Origin: a virus
Lineage: Duplodnaviria > Caudoviricetes
Strand: one strand, 5' to 3'
Length of the DNA: 37,918 nucleotides
Virus record (IMG/VR): IMGVR_UViG_3300010148_000038
Location: 1-37,918 of that record
Shown here in pieces: positions 8,501-23,500 of this stretch (the first letter of the stretch is position 1; every line of letters begins with the position of its first letter). The notes below the pieces were generated by a model. That model was not told where the DNA came from and searched no databases. It saw only the letters and a list, made by a program, of their open reading frames with translations. A program made the position numbers and the translations under genes.

Positions 8501-11500
8501 GCTATAAACACTAAACCTACTTATGACCCAAGCCCGTTAATGCGTTTACCGGGTTCTACAAGGAGGAATTGTGTAGTAAGGGCTATATCAGTATGTACAC
8601 TCGATACAGTAAAAAATATGTCTGTACAACCTTTAAACAATGACTCGGAAGACATACGCTCATGGGGTACATATGCTTTCCCGAAAAAAGGTAGGATTTT
8701 TCTTAACGATGGGGCTAATGCTGAATACTCCGGTAAAGTAGCCGCAGGTTTCTTTTTTGATGATGCAAACGCTATTGCAGAAAGAAAATATATTTCTAGT
8801 AGTGGTGATATATTTTCATCTTTTAATGATTGGTGTTTAGGTGTAGATTTAATTTCTAATCAAACTAAAGGTACACATAGTGTTAATGAGCACATCTTTA
8901 ATGATATTGATTTTAGTTATGAGAATTTATGTGATGATGGGAGTACAGTAAATGATAGATTATTTCAAAGTATAGATGATGTAGTACATGATTATCAACT
9001 AAGCACTCAATATGCAAGCACTCGTGCGATGGTAGAAATACCCGTTTTCCCTCAACAATTTTTTGACCAACAAGCAGACGGTATATTCCCCGGACCGGAT
9101 AACAGTATGAAAGTGCATTTAGATGCTACATATACTGCTCATACATGGAATCCTACACCTGTAGGTAGAAGAGTTGAAGAAATTCAACCTAATGATAGAG
9201 AGGCTAATTCTGCTTATAGTGAAAATGTAGAAGGCAAAAAATACTTTACAAGTACATCTATTACCCAAATAGTTGAAAGTGGAAATGATTTAAAAATATA
9301 TGTTGAGAATATAAATGTCTTTCCTAATACTTTAGGACCATTAGATATGAATAATTTTAAGAATGTAGTTTCAAATCATAGATTCTTTATTGATGATGAT
9401 TGGGCTTATTACACTAATGACCCTATTACAGATGGATATGTAAAAATATACAACAAGCCTTCTACAATTGGTAATGGTGGCTATCATGGTTTTAATACAG
9501 AAGAATTATTTGAAAAATTAGTAGTAGGTTGTAAAGTTTCAGTAGGTGTATCTAATCCTTCACTTAAGTCAATTAACTCCGATATTACTACTCAATCATC
9601 CGATTATGAAAATAGGTCGCCATATTATCATGACACTGCAAATGTACAAACTCAAGGTGGTAATCTTGATTATGGACTACGACAATATGTAAGTGCAGTA
9701 GAGTTCAAAGCCGGTCCACTTTCTAATCCTCATACACCGAGAACTAAAACAAAAAGAGCAAGTGCGAAAATCATTCAAGGTACTCAATTAGCCGGTCAAA
9801 TATATGCTTTAGAATTAGATGATGTAAAGCATTTCATTGATACTAACTACACTTTAGATGTTAGCGGCAACCCTGTAGTTGGTACAGGAGACTTGCTAAT
9901 TATAGGTAAAGTATTTTCTGCAACGCCTATAGAAGTTCTGTATTTAGGAACACAATTTAATGGTGAATTTTCTTTAAACACTACTAATAATAATACCATA
10001 ATAGTGCAATTTGGTACGGGTGTCACAGTACCTAATCTTCAAGATGTAGAATTTAAATTAGAAAAAGTAGGCAGAAGCCATCTTGCTCTATCTAATATAG
10101 CGCAAATTACATCTAATGAAGGTATAGTGAGTACATTTAGACCTACTACTACTAATGAAATATGGAATTTTGTAGGAACTACATCTGCTACTTCTACTAC
10201 AACATTAACTATAAGTTGTGCTAGTGCTACTCGCTCCGCTATTGCTAATACTATAGGACTTAATTTAAGACCCGGTGATATGTTATACAAAGAAAGCGGA
10301 AGCACTATCGCTTATGTAGGTACAGTTGCTTATGTACATTCGAGATTCCATACAGGTCACGCAACTAACACCACTGTAGAGTTAGCCGCCAACAATGCCG
10401 TAGCATTAGCCGCTACTGATAAAGTAAGAATTGGAATAAATTCTGTTATGGCTAATGATGCCGATGCTATACTCAATAAATCATGGTGTAATCCATATGC
10501 GGCAGGTGGATTAAGAAATGGTGATACTGTTTGGATGAATATGACTATGAATAATGCTCACGCAGTAGAGGGATTATTTGCTAAAAGCCGTGGTGTATTT
10601 AATGAGGCACAGGTATACAAAGCATTCAATGGTGGCGAAGGACAATTAACAAACAGACCTCGTGACTCTATACCTCTTGAAAACTTTTTAATTGGTGATT
10701 CTTGTTTAGAAACGGCTATCAATTTTGTTCAACATGTCAATAAAACAATTGAATTAAATTATGAAGCGATGGGGTTATCAGCATCACAAGCACCTACTAT
10801 AGCCTATATTGACCCTTATCTCGCTTCGGATGGACATACTCGTGTTTTGTTATACGATGTAGCGCACGATAGAGAATTTATTTCATTTCATGATATTCAC
10901 ATGCAAGTTCAAACAAGCCCTTCTACACCCGTAATTGGACACACAAGAAACCTCGCTACTAAAGATGGTTATTATCAATTAGATAATGTACTTACTCAAA
11001 TTAACGGTGGTGCGCCTCATTATCTTACAACTCAAATAGATGTAGCCAACGGTTTCCCTTCGGAAAATAGATACATAAGAAGTACCCAACAATCTAAATT
11101 TATTGAAAGTGCTTATTCACATAATATAGCAAATCAAACTTCTAACGATTTATACCCTATTGGTAGTGTAGTGAATGGTGTTATTACAGGAAACCCTGTT
11201 AATGATTTCATTATGGAAAACCCATTGAAAGGATTTAGTAGTTCTCCGATTACTAATATAGAAAATGAACATTACATGGGTAAAGGACACGGACATGTAG
11301 TACACAGTGGTCTTTACCATGAATCAGTAGGTACTAATTTCCATATCGCAGATAGCGTTTTACCTCGTATTGAACCTGCTACTCATTCATCTTTTTACGC
11401 TAATAAAAAACATAATGAATTAAGAGTGAATAAAGGTGATACGAGAATACTTCCTATGGTAAGAGTACTCAAAGCACATAGAAGGGCGCAGGGGTATAGT

Positions 11501-14500
11501 ACTTTCACATTCAAAGATAATAGCACCTTCTTTGATACACCCGATGGTACAAGAGTTATTTCCGCTTTCTTATGCCTAAAGGGTATTCGTGGTGAAGAAT
11601 TGAATTTGATAAATCATGAAGAAAGTAGATTACAACATTTACCCCAATGGTCAAAAATGGATTATATACGCCGTCAAACTATTGACTTTGGTGAAGTAGG
11701 AGTTAAAGAAGGTGTCACAGATATTGAGGCGGCGGCAAGAGAAATTGTCCGTATGGTGAATCAAGGTGCGGCTAAGAACGGTAGAACTCATGCTCGTAGA
11801 CCTTCTCATCAATATCCCGGTGAAAGTGAAAGAATGGACCTTACAAGAATCGGTGTTAGGGAAGATGTAAATAATCCTAACAAAGACCCTGCAAGCGCAC
11901 ATGTAAATGCTGATTTTGCGGCCACAGGTTCTACCCACGACCCTGCGCCGTTTTGGTCACTTGAACACGCTACTGCCACTCAAGATAGAGGTAGTCATAT
12001 GGGTTATCTTAGAGCGCATATAGGAAGGGTTATCGAAGATATAAACGGAGTTGAAGGATTTACTGTAGTTATTCATTCGACAGTACCGGGTGCAAGTGGT
12101 CGTAATTTCTGTGCTTGGTTAGACAATAGTAAAGGTCAATCACCTTATCAACCGCAATTTTTAGTAGGTCATGGTGGCCGATTTAGAAACTTTTGGTGTC
12201 AGCAAGATGAAACTATGGGTGAAAATATGCACCCTGCGCCTATGCCGTTAAACAAACATGGTAGGCCATTTGCACCTATTACCACACTAAGAGAAATGAT
12301 TAATTCGGAAAATAGTATAGATGATGTAAAAAGCAATCATGATTATATTTCAAGATTAAATGATGATGAAAAAGCAAGAGTATTATCATCACATGTAGGT
12401 AGTGGTGCTTTTAGTAATACTATTTTTGATGAATCATTTGAATCTCAAAGTCAGTCATTGACACTTGTAGAGGGATTAAGAATTGGTACTAAACCTGTTG
12501 GAAGAATAAATTTTGGTGGTTTAGTAGCGACAGGTGTACCCGGCTTCTCCCCAATTGTAGGTAAATTTGGTTGTGGAGTTAAAGGAGATAACACATTTGA
12601 TAGTTTATACGGTAGCCTTACTCATACTTATGGTGGTTATATTGATGGGGCGCAAATTAAATCCGGTAAGATAGGAACAGATGATTTATACGGTTTTAGA
12701 TTTACAGACCATAGAGGTAAATCATACGGTATTAGATTTGTCTATAAGAAATTAGGGGATAACTTTACCAATGATAATACTTTAATTCCTAATTCTTTAG
12801 ATAATGAGATAGGTGTCTTCTTTAATGATAGAGATGTTTCACAAGGTGGATTTTCATTAGGAAACCACATAGTAGGTAAAGGAGATGCTACAGGACAAAT
12901 CACAGATACATCGGTATTGTCTAAAGTAAATTACAAAGGCAACCGTTGGAGAGGTGTATATGCGCCCGATTCTTTGATTAACGCATCTGTAAAGTGGGAG
13001 TCTACAACAGATACTTTAACTGTTAAGTTTTACAGTAGTAGTATTTATGAAAGTGCTTATTCCGGCAAAGGATTAGAAAGTGTTGAAGATATACTAGGGT
13101 ATTTAGGATTTCCAAAAGAAAACGGAATTATACAAATTAATGATACATTTACCGGCACTACTGCTAAAGGTAGTTTAGGTAATACATTATCATATACAAC
13201 TCGTACACAAGAAAATGGGCATTTATCAAGAACGCATGTATTCTATGGAATTAAAGGTAGTGCTTTTACTGCTTCTCATACAGTAGCGGGTACGGGTACA
13301 GTATCTACAAGTACAGGTATAACCGATACTGTTAATGCACACCCTAACAGTACAGGTGAATGGGCTTATGTTTTGATTTCATCTCGTATGAATTGGACTA
13401 CATTACTCACTGATGAAGTAATGGCGGCGGCTACAGAAGCGGCAATAAATTTAGTTGATGTAAACATAGAAGAAGGAGTATCATTTGATTGTACAAGTAT
13501 GCTCGCCGCCGATGGGCGTACATTAGGGGAATGGGGAGTAAGCCCCGATGCAATTAAATTAAGAGCGTTTAATCCAAATAACGATAAATTAATTCCACCT
13601 TCTACAATGTTTAGTGCTACAAGACACGAAGATAAAGGAATTGAATCTGCACATGCTGAATACGGTTTATACAGTTCATTTAATCAAGGTGGTACTATAA
13701 CCGGATTATCAATTAAAACTACAGGTGGCTCGTATTTTATAAGTACGGGTGGTGGTGAAAATGTTGTAGCGAGCATGGGTGCTGGAAGTAGTGGATTTTT
13801 TGGTAGTAGTAGTACTGATGATATAGGCGCAATAGATATTTCATCAGTAGACGGTGGTGGTGGTGTCACAGGTGTTGTAATAGTAAATGGTGGTCAAGGT
13901 TTCCGTGTAGGAGATGAAATAGATTTAGTACAACAACCTTTCGGTAGTAATGGTAATGATGGTTGTACTTTAGTTGTGACAAGCGTTAGTGGGTCTTTAG
14001 GTGGACAAATTTTCAGCACTAATGCTGATAATAAACCACTTAGTGATGCCGATTTATTACTTAATAAACAAGTATTCTGTGGTTATGTACCTAAGACTGT
14101 ATTACAGATAGAGTCTAAAGGTCGTGGATTCCATGCCAATACTCCTACTCCTGTGCTTGTAGATTCTACTAATTCACCTATTGATACTTCTGTTTGGGCT
14201 AAGAATTTGAAGGGAGTAGATTATACTAGAAGTAGAGGCGACCACATTATACCTTGTATAAATGAATTGAGTTTTGGTGCTAATACTGATATTAGAAGAA
14301 AAGGTAGTATAGCCACTATTCAAGAATTTCTTACAGGTTCACCTAGTGGTAATAATTCAGTAGCAGGTACAGGATTTGCTAAAAATACTATTTATTCTAC
14401 AGGTAAAAAAGGTGCAGTACTAAGTGCTAATAATGCTACTCAAGCAGGTAGTGGATTTACAACTGCCGGTGTTTATACCGTGTTTGGTGGTTCGGGTAAG

Positions 14501-17500
14501 GGTATGAAATTAAATCTCCCTAGTAATAATGTACCCGCAGAAATTGGTACTGCTTCTAATTTTACTGCATATAAATTAGACTTTGGAGAGGGGTATGTAG
14601 TGGGTGATGCTTTACATATAGAAAACAATAATACACTTGATGTAGGTAATCCTACGGGTAGTGGTACTGCTATGAAATTTACTGTAGCGAGTGTAAGTTC
14701 CGGTGAAGGGGCAAAAATTATGCCTACTTCTATTACACCATTAGGTGGTATAACTGCCGCTACTATAATTGATAGAGGTAAAAACTTTGTAGATGAAGAC
14801 TACATAAGAGTATTACCTGTTGAAGATGGTAAAGAAGTAGCGATGATACGAGTTAGTAATATATCTAATGCTTCTATTTCTACAGATTTTGTATTTACCC
14901 ACGACCAAAGATTACATGCTACATTAGTACCTCAATCTCTTGATGATAAAACACAATTTGCTCGTTTCAAATCTGTAGGGGAAAGAGGTACTTTTTACAT
15001 TGGTAAAGATAAATCGGCAGTATTTAGAAGTGATGGTACAAATCTTTTACCGATAGTACAAAATGAAGAGTTTATAAAATTGTTTGATGAAAAATCTTTT
15101 GCTGATACAAAAGTTATGATGACAAGAAACCCTAATCACCAAATTAACGGAAGAAGATTCCACGGTAGCGTAGACTCCGAGCCTATAGTTTACTTTAGAG
15201 GTGCTAAAGATAGCGTAGACCATAGCGTACCACTTTACTTCGGTGGTGGTTTTACAGGTGTGACAGTAGATATTAACGATGGTACTAAAAATGATTACTC
15301 AACATTCTATACTCATCCTTATTCAAATGGACCTACGGGTACGGCAGGTATTCAAAATGCAAATGAAATAAGTACATCATTTGCTACATTAGATTGTAAT
15401 GCGCTCTTTGCTTTCTTCCCCGGTGCAGCGTTAGTAAATCAAAATAGAGGGTCATTAAACTCCCCTGTTTTCAATAAGAATAATATTCTAAGCCCCGATG
15501 TACACGCTGGAATGTTAGAAGCAAATACTAATAACGCTTCTTGGGTGAATAGTAAATATTCAGCAGGTGTTGTAAGACAAAAACCTACACCATTAGTATT
15601 ACAATTTGCTCATCCTACTGCAAGATATGAAGACTATCAAAACGCAGGTGCAACTACTCATACAGGTAAACCTAATGTAGAAAATAAAACTATGTATTTA
15701 ATATATGGTCCGGGTCAATCAATACCATTTTCGGAAAGTACTTCAAATATCGGTGGTGGAACATTCCCTACTACAACACAAGAACCCCATCCGGGTACTG
15801 TGGTGACTGTAGGTAATACATGGAGTAAAGTTCCTTATAATATGAATTTACCTAATGCTTTAACTAATGATGCAAATGTATTTGCTCCACCTACTAAAGC
15901 ATTCCAAGCGGCAAGAAACGCATATCATTACGCCGTACCTTCTACACAAGCCATGAATTGGTCACCACCTGCGGGTGTACCCAACAAAGGTAAGTTAGAA
16001 CAAAGACCCGAACATGGTTATCATTATGGTGAGCATTTTAATAACCCAAGAAGTGGTAAAATAATTGAGGAAAATTCAAGTGAATATCTCAAAGCGCACC
16101 CATACAAACATTCCGCTATGACATACTTTGGTATTGCTATGTCTGCTGATATGACATGGCACATGGATGGGGGTTATCATCCGGGTGGACATTGGTTAGA
16201 TAATCAAGTAGCAGCAAATCCTAAAAATCACACTTCAAATACTTTTGTCACTAAATGGGGAAGTACACCTGTACACCCTACTGCTTTCCGTGTATCATCT
16301 AAAATAGTAATTGGAGTAAGTGATAGGGGTAGACTTACATATACATATAATGAAGTAAATGGTAATACTCCTACAGTCAATGAAGATTGTATAATTGTTG
16401 ATGCTACAAGGTGTCAAAATGGAGAAGAGTTAGCGACTATCATCGGTCAAGCAATTAATGAGAATCCGGGTAAAGGCGCACTAAAGGCTCTTGGTGGTAC
16501 ATTTATGCCATCTATGGGTAATGCAAATCGTCAAGATAGGTACGGTTGGGCTGAATTAACATTCCAATCTTATGAAATAGATGGTGATGATATTCTTGAT
16601 GGTTTCGGAATTGGTAATTTCCCATTCAATCACGGAGAATATTTCGGAGATGGTACTCATTCCCATATTAATGCCGGTGATTTAATAGTTTCAGTCACGG
16701 CATCAATAAGTGGAAATGCTCAAAGTGTGTTAGAACAATTACCTGCTTGTGGTTGGATAAGAACAGACGCAGGTGGTAGGGATTTCTTTGCAGCAGGTGG
16801 AGGTACTATGGGTCAAGTACCCGCCTTTGCACCTTATCATTCTCGTGAAGTATATCTTCATTCAGCAGGTAATTATAGAGTAAGATTTTATCTTGCACCA
16901 AATAGAATAAGTGGTTTACCTTTCTTTGAAGATGGGTATTCTTTTTATAATAAATGTCAAAGCGCATCGGGAATATCATTCCCTCCTATTACCACCGCAG
17001 CAAAAATTAGTTTGGTAGGTAATGTAGCAGTTACAGTAAATGGTTCGGGTACTAAAAATATAGTACACACTGAAAAGATATTTGTATGGAGTAAAGCCGG
17101 TGTACATCGTTTCAACAATGAAAATGAGGCAACTCGTGACCACATGACACAGGTACACTTTAGCGGTCTTGTAGATGCAATAGACAGAACAAGACCTGTA
17201 GGTGCAGTAGGTTGGGCGGGAGAAAGATATTCATATCTAAATTCTTTAGAAGTTGAAACTGTAAGTGGAACTAAATTATACGCCGCAGGTTTAGGTGCTT
17301 GGTATCAAAAGTTAGGTTTCTCACCATACGGTTCATCTAACTCTTGTATGGGTGGATTAGGACATTTCCCACATATACGCCCAATGCCTCATAGCCCCGA
17401 AGCAAGCCCAAGAATTAACGGTAGGGCTAATAATGCGAGTACTTCTATTCAAGTACCTTATGAATGGAATATGGGGTTAGGTACTAATGATAGTTGGTAT

Positions 17501-20500
17501 ACAAATTACATTTACAACAATACAGAAGGAAGTCCATATGGTAGATTTTTAAATCAAGATAGTACTTCACTTATAACAGAAAAAGCAGAAAGTGACGATA
17601 ATACATTAGATGCTCTTAATTCGTTTGAGGGTGTTTACAGTCGTGCTTTCCTTGTTGTTAGTTATGAAAGTGAATTACCTTTAGTAGCAAAGTATGACAG
17701 GGATGGTATTACAGGTACAGGAGATTGGTTATCAGTAGTATCTGCAACTAAAGCCGGTACTGCCGCCGCTACTGCCATTACTTATGCCGGTACTACAAGA
17801 TGGGATGAAAGAATACATGGGTATGATAGATTTACCGCACCCGCAAACGCCGGTCCACATGTAGAAGCATTAATTACACCGCATCTAAAGATACCACTTG
17901 AAACAGATTCATTTCCTACATACGGTGTCCATGATGAATTACCCGCATTAGCACAAACATGGAGTGACAGTGTGACAGGTTCATTACAAAATAATAGTGT
18001 TGAAGTACTAATTGATAGAGCAAATCAAGGGATAATTTTTGCAGGTATGTATGTCATACATGCAAATTTACCCGCAGATACAAAAGTAGTTAGAGTAGAT
18101 GCAGATGATGAAATTGTGTATATATCTAATCAAGCCACTGCAACTGTAAATAATACACAAATCACTTTTATGGTACTTGGTGATAATAGAGTTTCAAATG
18201 CTACACCTTGTCTAAATCCTACAGGTGATTTAATCCAAGATATTGATATAAGCCCCGCATCTTTAAATTTAGACTTATTAGAAGGATTAAAAAATCACAC
18301 TAAAAGTAAGTTTTCAACAAATCATAGGGAAACAAGTTTCGATATATACGCTCAAGACGACAGTTGGGTTGGAGATACTAACGCTTTTGCTATGGCTAGA
18401 AATTCTCCTTCTAAAAATTTCACAGTAGAAAATATTGTTTGGAAAAGAATGGATGGAGGAAATTTAAGTTTACCTTCTGTAAATAAAAGAGGCTTAGGTG
18501 CAGTTCCTACAATTACTCGTGTTAAAAACAATGTACCGTATACAACAGGAGAAACAATATTTGGTAATAATCGTTTTACCTTTGAAACTACAAATAGTGC
18601 TATGTTTCCTATTATACAAGCACAAGAACTTATGCACCCTCAAATGGCTACTAAAAATCCCGATGAATTGAGAAATGTTTTAATTATTCCTAATGAAGAA
18701 ATACAATTTAAATCTATTAGTGTAGAAGACGATACAGGACAAATACACACTGTAGAAGGCGGTTCACCGTTTGGAACTATCATAAGAGGATTTAGAAAAA
18801 TCTCCGATAGAATAAGTGAAGGTTTAGCACCTGCGGTAGCGGCTAATGATGGACATGACGATACTCCTACACAAGATATGAAATACTACGGTGTAGAACC
18901 TAATTTAGAAATTCAATTACCCGATGCTAATTCTATACCCGGAAATATATTAGTTAGGTCGGGCTTTGATAGAATACAGGCATATCAACATGAGACTCTT
19001 GGAAGTGGTGGTATTACAAGACCTTCTTATCAAGGTCATAATGGTGCAGGTGAATTATTTGATGAAAATTTTGCTAAGTTAGGCGGTCTTTCAAATAATA
19101 TCAATGAAGGACCAAAACTCGGACCTACATATGATGATTACGGATGGGAACATATTAGTCAAGATTTACACGGTGATATTAAATTCCCCGATAGTACTAA
19201 ATCGGGATGGGTCAATAATACAAAAAATAACCCTATAAATACTTCATACAAACCTCACGATAGAAGTTTATATTTCCACATTACAAAAAATAATTTAGGT
19301 AGTAGTGAAAGACTACCTATTCAGTATACTCATACTAATGGTGTAGTAGAAAACAACTTAACAATAGCCATGTCGGATGGATTTAACTTAATATTAAATT
19401 CTGCATTGAATTACAAAGTATGGAAGGGTGTCACATATGATATAACTGATACACCTACTAATATTCAAAAACTACATAATTCACCATTTGAAACTCATTC
19501 TACTAACTTTTATGTTAATATTAAAAATTCTAATTTAAATAAATCTGCTTTATTACTCATAAAACCGGCATCTACAACAGTATTTACTATACAAGAATAT
19601 GATGATAAAATTTCTGCTTTACAAATTCTTTTTGATTTGACTGATGATGAAGTTATAGGTCTTACTGTAAATGAAGTCATTCAAATTACTCAAGCAAAAA
19701 TGAATGTTAGTGGACCTGCTTACGATTCTCCAAACACTATAACTATTAATCCGGCATATCCTATACCGGCAGGTACTACAAGAATATTCGCCGCAAGAAG
19801 AATCCGTGACCATGCCGAAGTTAGCGGTAATAGCCCCGATGCTAACAATCAACTTTTATCACATAGATTAGTTCCATATGGAACAACTGCTAGTGTAGGA
19901 ACGAGATTACCATACTATGAACAATTTGCTCATAATAATTTATCACCTATGGCTATGCCTAGAATGGGTCATCACTTTGTAAATGCTACTATGGCCGTAA
20001 TGCCGGGTCATTGGGCGCACCCTGCTTATCAAGGATTATATCATAAACACAAAGCATGTACTTCTGCTACTTTAACAATTAAAGAAAAAGCATTATTAGA
20101 AGATATAATTTTAAATCCCGGAGATACTTTATCTGCAAGCATAAAAGACCAATTAGCAGTATATGACCCGTTGCTAGTTATTAGTAGTATGACCGCTACT
20201 CCTAGTGGACCAAGTGACATACACGGTGGAGCATTTACACTTATGTTTGAAAGTAAAATTAAACATGACGGATATGGAGTATTAGCATCTCATGGAGAGG
20301 CAGGTGCAATTAATAAAGCAGGTGGACATACTATTGTTCTAAGAGCAAACGCTAGATACACCTTTAACAATCATTTCCCCGACCCAAGTATAGTAGGTGC
20401 ATATCAAATAATAATTCAACCTAATGTATTTTCAAGCCAACTTATGGGTTATCATGAAAATGGTCCGGCTAACAATATGCCGGATGGAAGTAATGTAGGT

Positions 20501-23500
20501 TTCACAAGCCAACAAACTGCTACAGTTGTAGGTATTCGTGAATTAGATACTACTACAGGTGGTATGGCACTCATACTTGCTAATGCTACTATGGCAGATG
20601 TAAGAGGTTGTGAAATTATGATTAATGAAGTTATGTTAGACCATGACCCCGATGCAGGTAGTCAATTTACTAACATACCTCCTTTGATGACATTTAATCC
20701 ATTTGGAGTACAGGGTACAGAAGCACCCGCATTTACTCGCCAATCATTACCATATCATCCTCAAATGTTTGTAGACTCCACACCGGGTATGACTACTAAC
20801 ATACCGTGGTGGTCTATAGTACACCCATCTAAACCTACTACAATTACAGGTAGTACAAGTGCAAGAGGTTTCCGATTTTTAACCCATCATAGATTAGATA
20901 ATTATTACTTATTCATAAGAGCAAATGCGGGTAGCATAGGCGCACAACTTACACTCGCAGGTTATCCAAGTCTACACCCTAACATCTATGATTCAGTATT
21001 GAGAAACATTAGTCTAAATCCTCATTGTACATTAGTAAGTAATACTTCAACTGTACTGACAGTAGATGATGCAAGCGGATTCCCAATAGAACCATTGTAC
21101 GGTGAGGTATTATATTTCATTGATGCTGACGGCGTAAGGCGTACTGCTACTTGGACTTCAAGAAGTGGTTTTGACGCTACCAATATGAACAAACCTAAAC
21201 TCATCACACTTACGGGCGCACAGGCAGATTTTACAAATAATTTAGTTGCCGGTACAGTTATCCGTTTATCAAAACAAAATGATATAAATAGAGATGCGGT
21301 TGAAATTTTCACCGATTCGGAAAGAAGTATGATTACAAGAACTTTACCACAAACACTTCAAGGTAGTAGAGATACAAACAGTCTTCATGTACCCGATGCG
21401 TATATTTGTCTTTGGTCGCCTAATTTGGGTAGACCAAATGCTAAAGCATATGAAGGGGATGAGTATGCTAATACAGGTTCATCTACATCTACTACACCTG
21501 TAAATCATATGCCGGAGCATTATGAAACAATACATTATCATGACAGTACATACTATGCAAGTCTTGGTCCTTTTGCACTACACATAGAAACTCCTATGCC
21601 GCCGGATTCTACTAACGCTACCGAGCGTAAAGTAGCAAGTCATGGCACTAATACTATTGTGACAAATGCTAGTTTTACTATAGCCGGTGGAACTAAGATA
21701 AGTGTAGATGGAAGAATATATACAGTAGATACTACCGGAACTACGAGTAATGGAACTACTATAACAGTATTTGAAAATACTCCTACTACAATAAAAGTAG
21801 GAAGCACAGTAATGGTTGGCGGAGATGGTTCACCTGCCTCTTCTGCTACAGTAGCAACTAAGAGAGATGCAGAAGGAAATCCATATGTGCCCCAAGCAGG
21901 TACTCCGGGTAGTTTTGCTAATAGAACAAGTATTGTTTCTGCTATGTTAAACAACTTTTGGCCTAGTGGTAGCAAAGGTGGACCATTAGTAAGTAGACTT
22001 GACGGATATGGTTATGTGAGTGCTTCGTGGCATTTACCTACGCAATATGGATATTCTATATCGAGTAATAACAATGGGATTCTTTGGCAAGATTTAGGAG
22101 ATGATGGCTCTTATGATGCTACTACAGGTGTAAGTAATACTGATTACGATACAGTTATGGCGACTTGGGATAGTTATACTGCCGGTAATCAAGCCTTCCC
22201 TAATGTAAGACCAAGACCATTCGGATATAGATTTGGACTACGACAACCATACAACAAACCTCAATGGGCTATGTATGGTATGAGAGCGTACATTGAGGCC
22301 GGTGTGACCGCTACAAACGCTTTATCCGAATATCAACACGGACCATTAGTACAAATTGATAGAAATAACAACACTTGGACATATGCCGGTGGAAAGTCTT
22401 CACCTACAAGTGGTAATATAAGTGATGTATATACAGGTATATTAGAAAGACAAACTAATTTTCAAGGTATGCTTAACGATGAAATATTTGGTACTCAAAC
22501 AAGATATGCAGACGGTATGCGTATGACAAGACCATTTGGTTGTCCTGTAAGAACACTAAGAAATGTATCTCATATGGCAGAAGATGAACTAATTAATAAA
22601 TTATTAAATCCAACCGTAAGAAGAGAATGGTGGGGAGATAGTTTCGGTAAGGGTATATACGATGTGGCAACTGCTTCACAATACTATCTTGTAGATTGGT
22701 GGGGTAATACTCGTGGTGAAGATGTTAGGAGGATGCCTGTTCGTGGATTTGGTATAAGACCTGCGTGGGATGCTCAAGATGCTTATGAGCATTTCCCTAA
22801 CTCAAATTTAGACGGAAGTAATAGACCATATACTCCTTTTTATCATGGTTATAAATACTATAATACTAAAAATGTAATAGACTTTGACACTACAAATATG
22901 GGCTATTTAGTATCATCAAGTACATCTACCGCTTTAGCAGGTCCACAATCATATCAAAAAGTACCATCACAAGTAGGTAATTATGACCCATTAGGCGAAA
23001 ATAGAAAAAACATGCTTGTGGATTTCTTTTTCCCGTATCACGCAAATAGAGTAGGGAGTGCTGGTAATGGAAGAGGTGTAAGATACCCAACATCATTTAG
23101 TGATGGTAGTTTTAGTAAATTAGATTTATTTAACACTCAAAATAATAAAGGTTTAGTGTTATCTCATAATACGGCAGAACCTAATTTGGGTGAAGGGTAT
23201 ATTAGAGCGAACAATAATATCATGGGTACAGATGAAGTTCCAAGAGGAATTAGTAATAGACTAAACATAAGTGAAGACGGTTTATTAAAACCGGAGGCTA
23301 CAGTAAGTGATAGAGACATTGGTGGTGTAGAAGCAGATTATACAGTATACGATATGATAAGTAGGAGTAGTCCAAAAATAGGTTTAGATGGTGAAAATAT
23401 TCACGGTATAGATAAGAATAATATTGTTATAAATTCAGTGGCATATAGTTTACATACTGATAGAAATGTAGGACAAAGAGGTATACTAAGTCATACAAGT

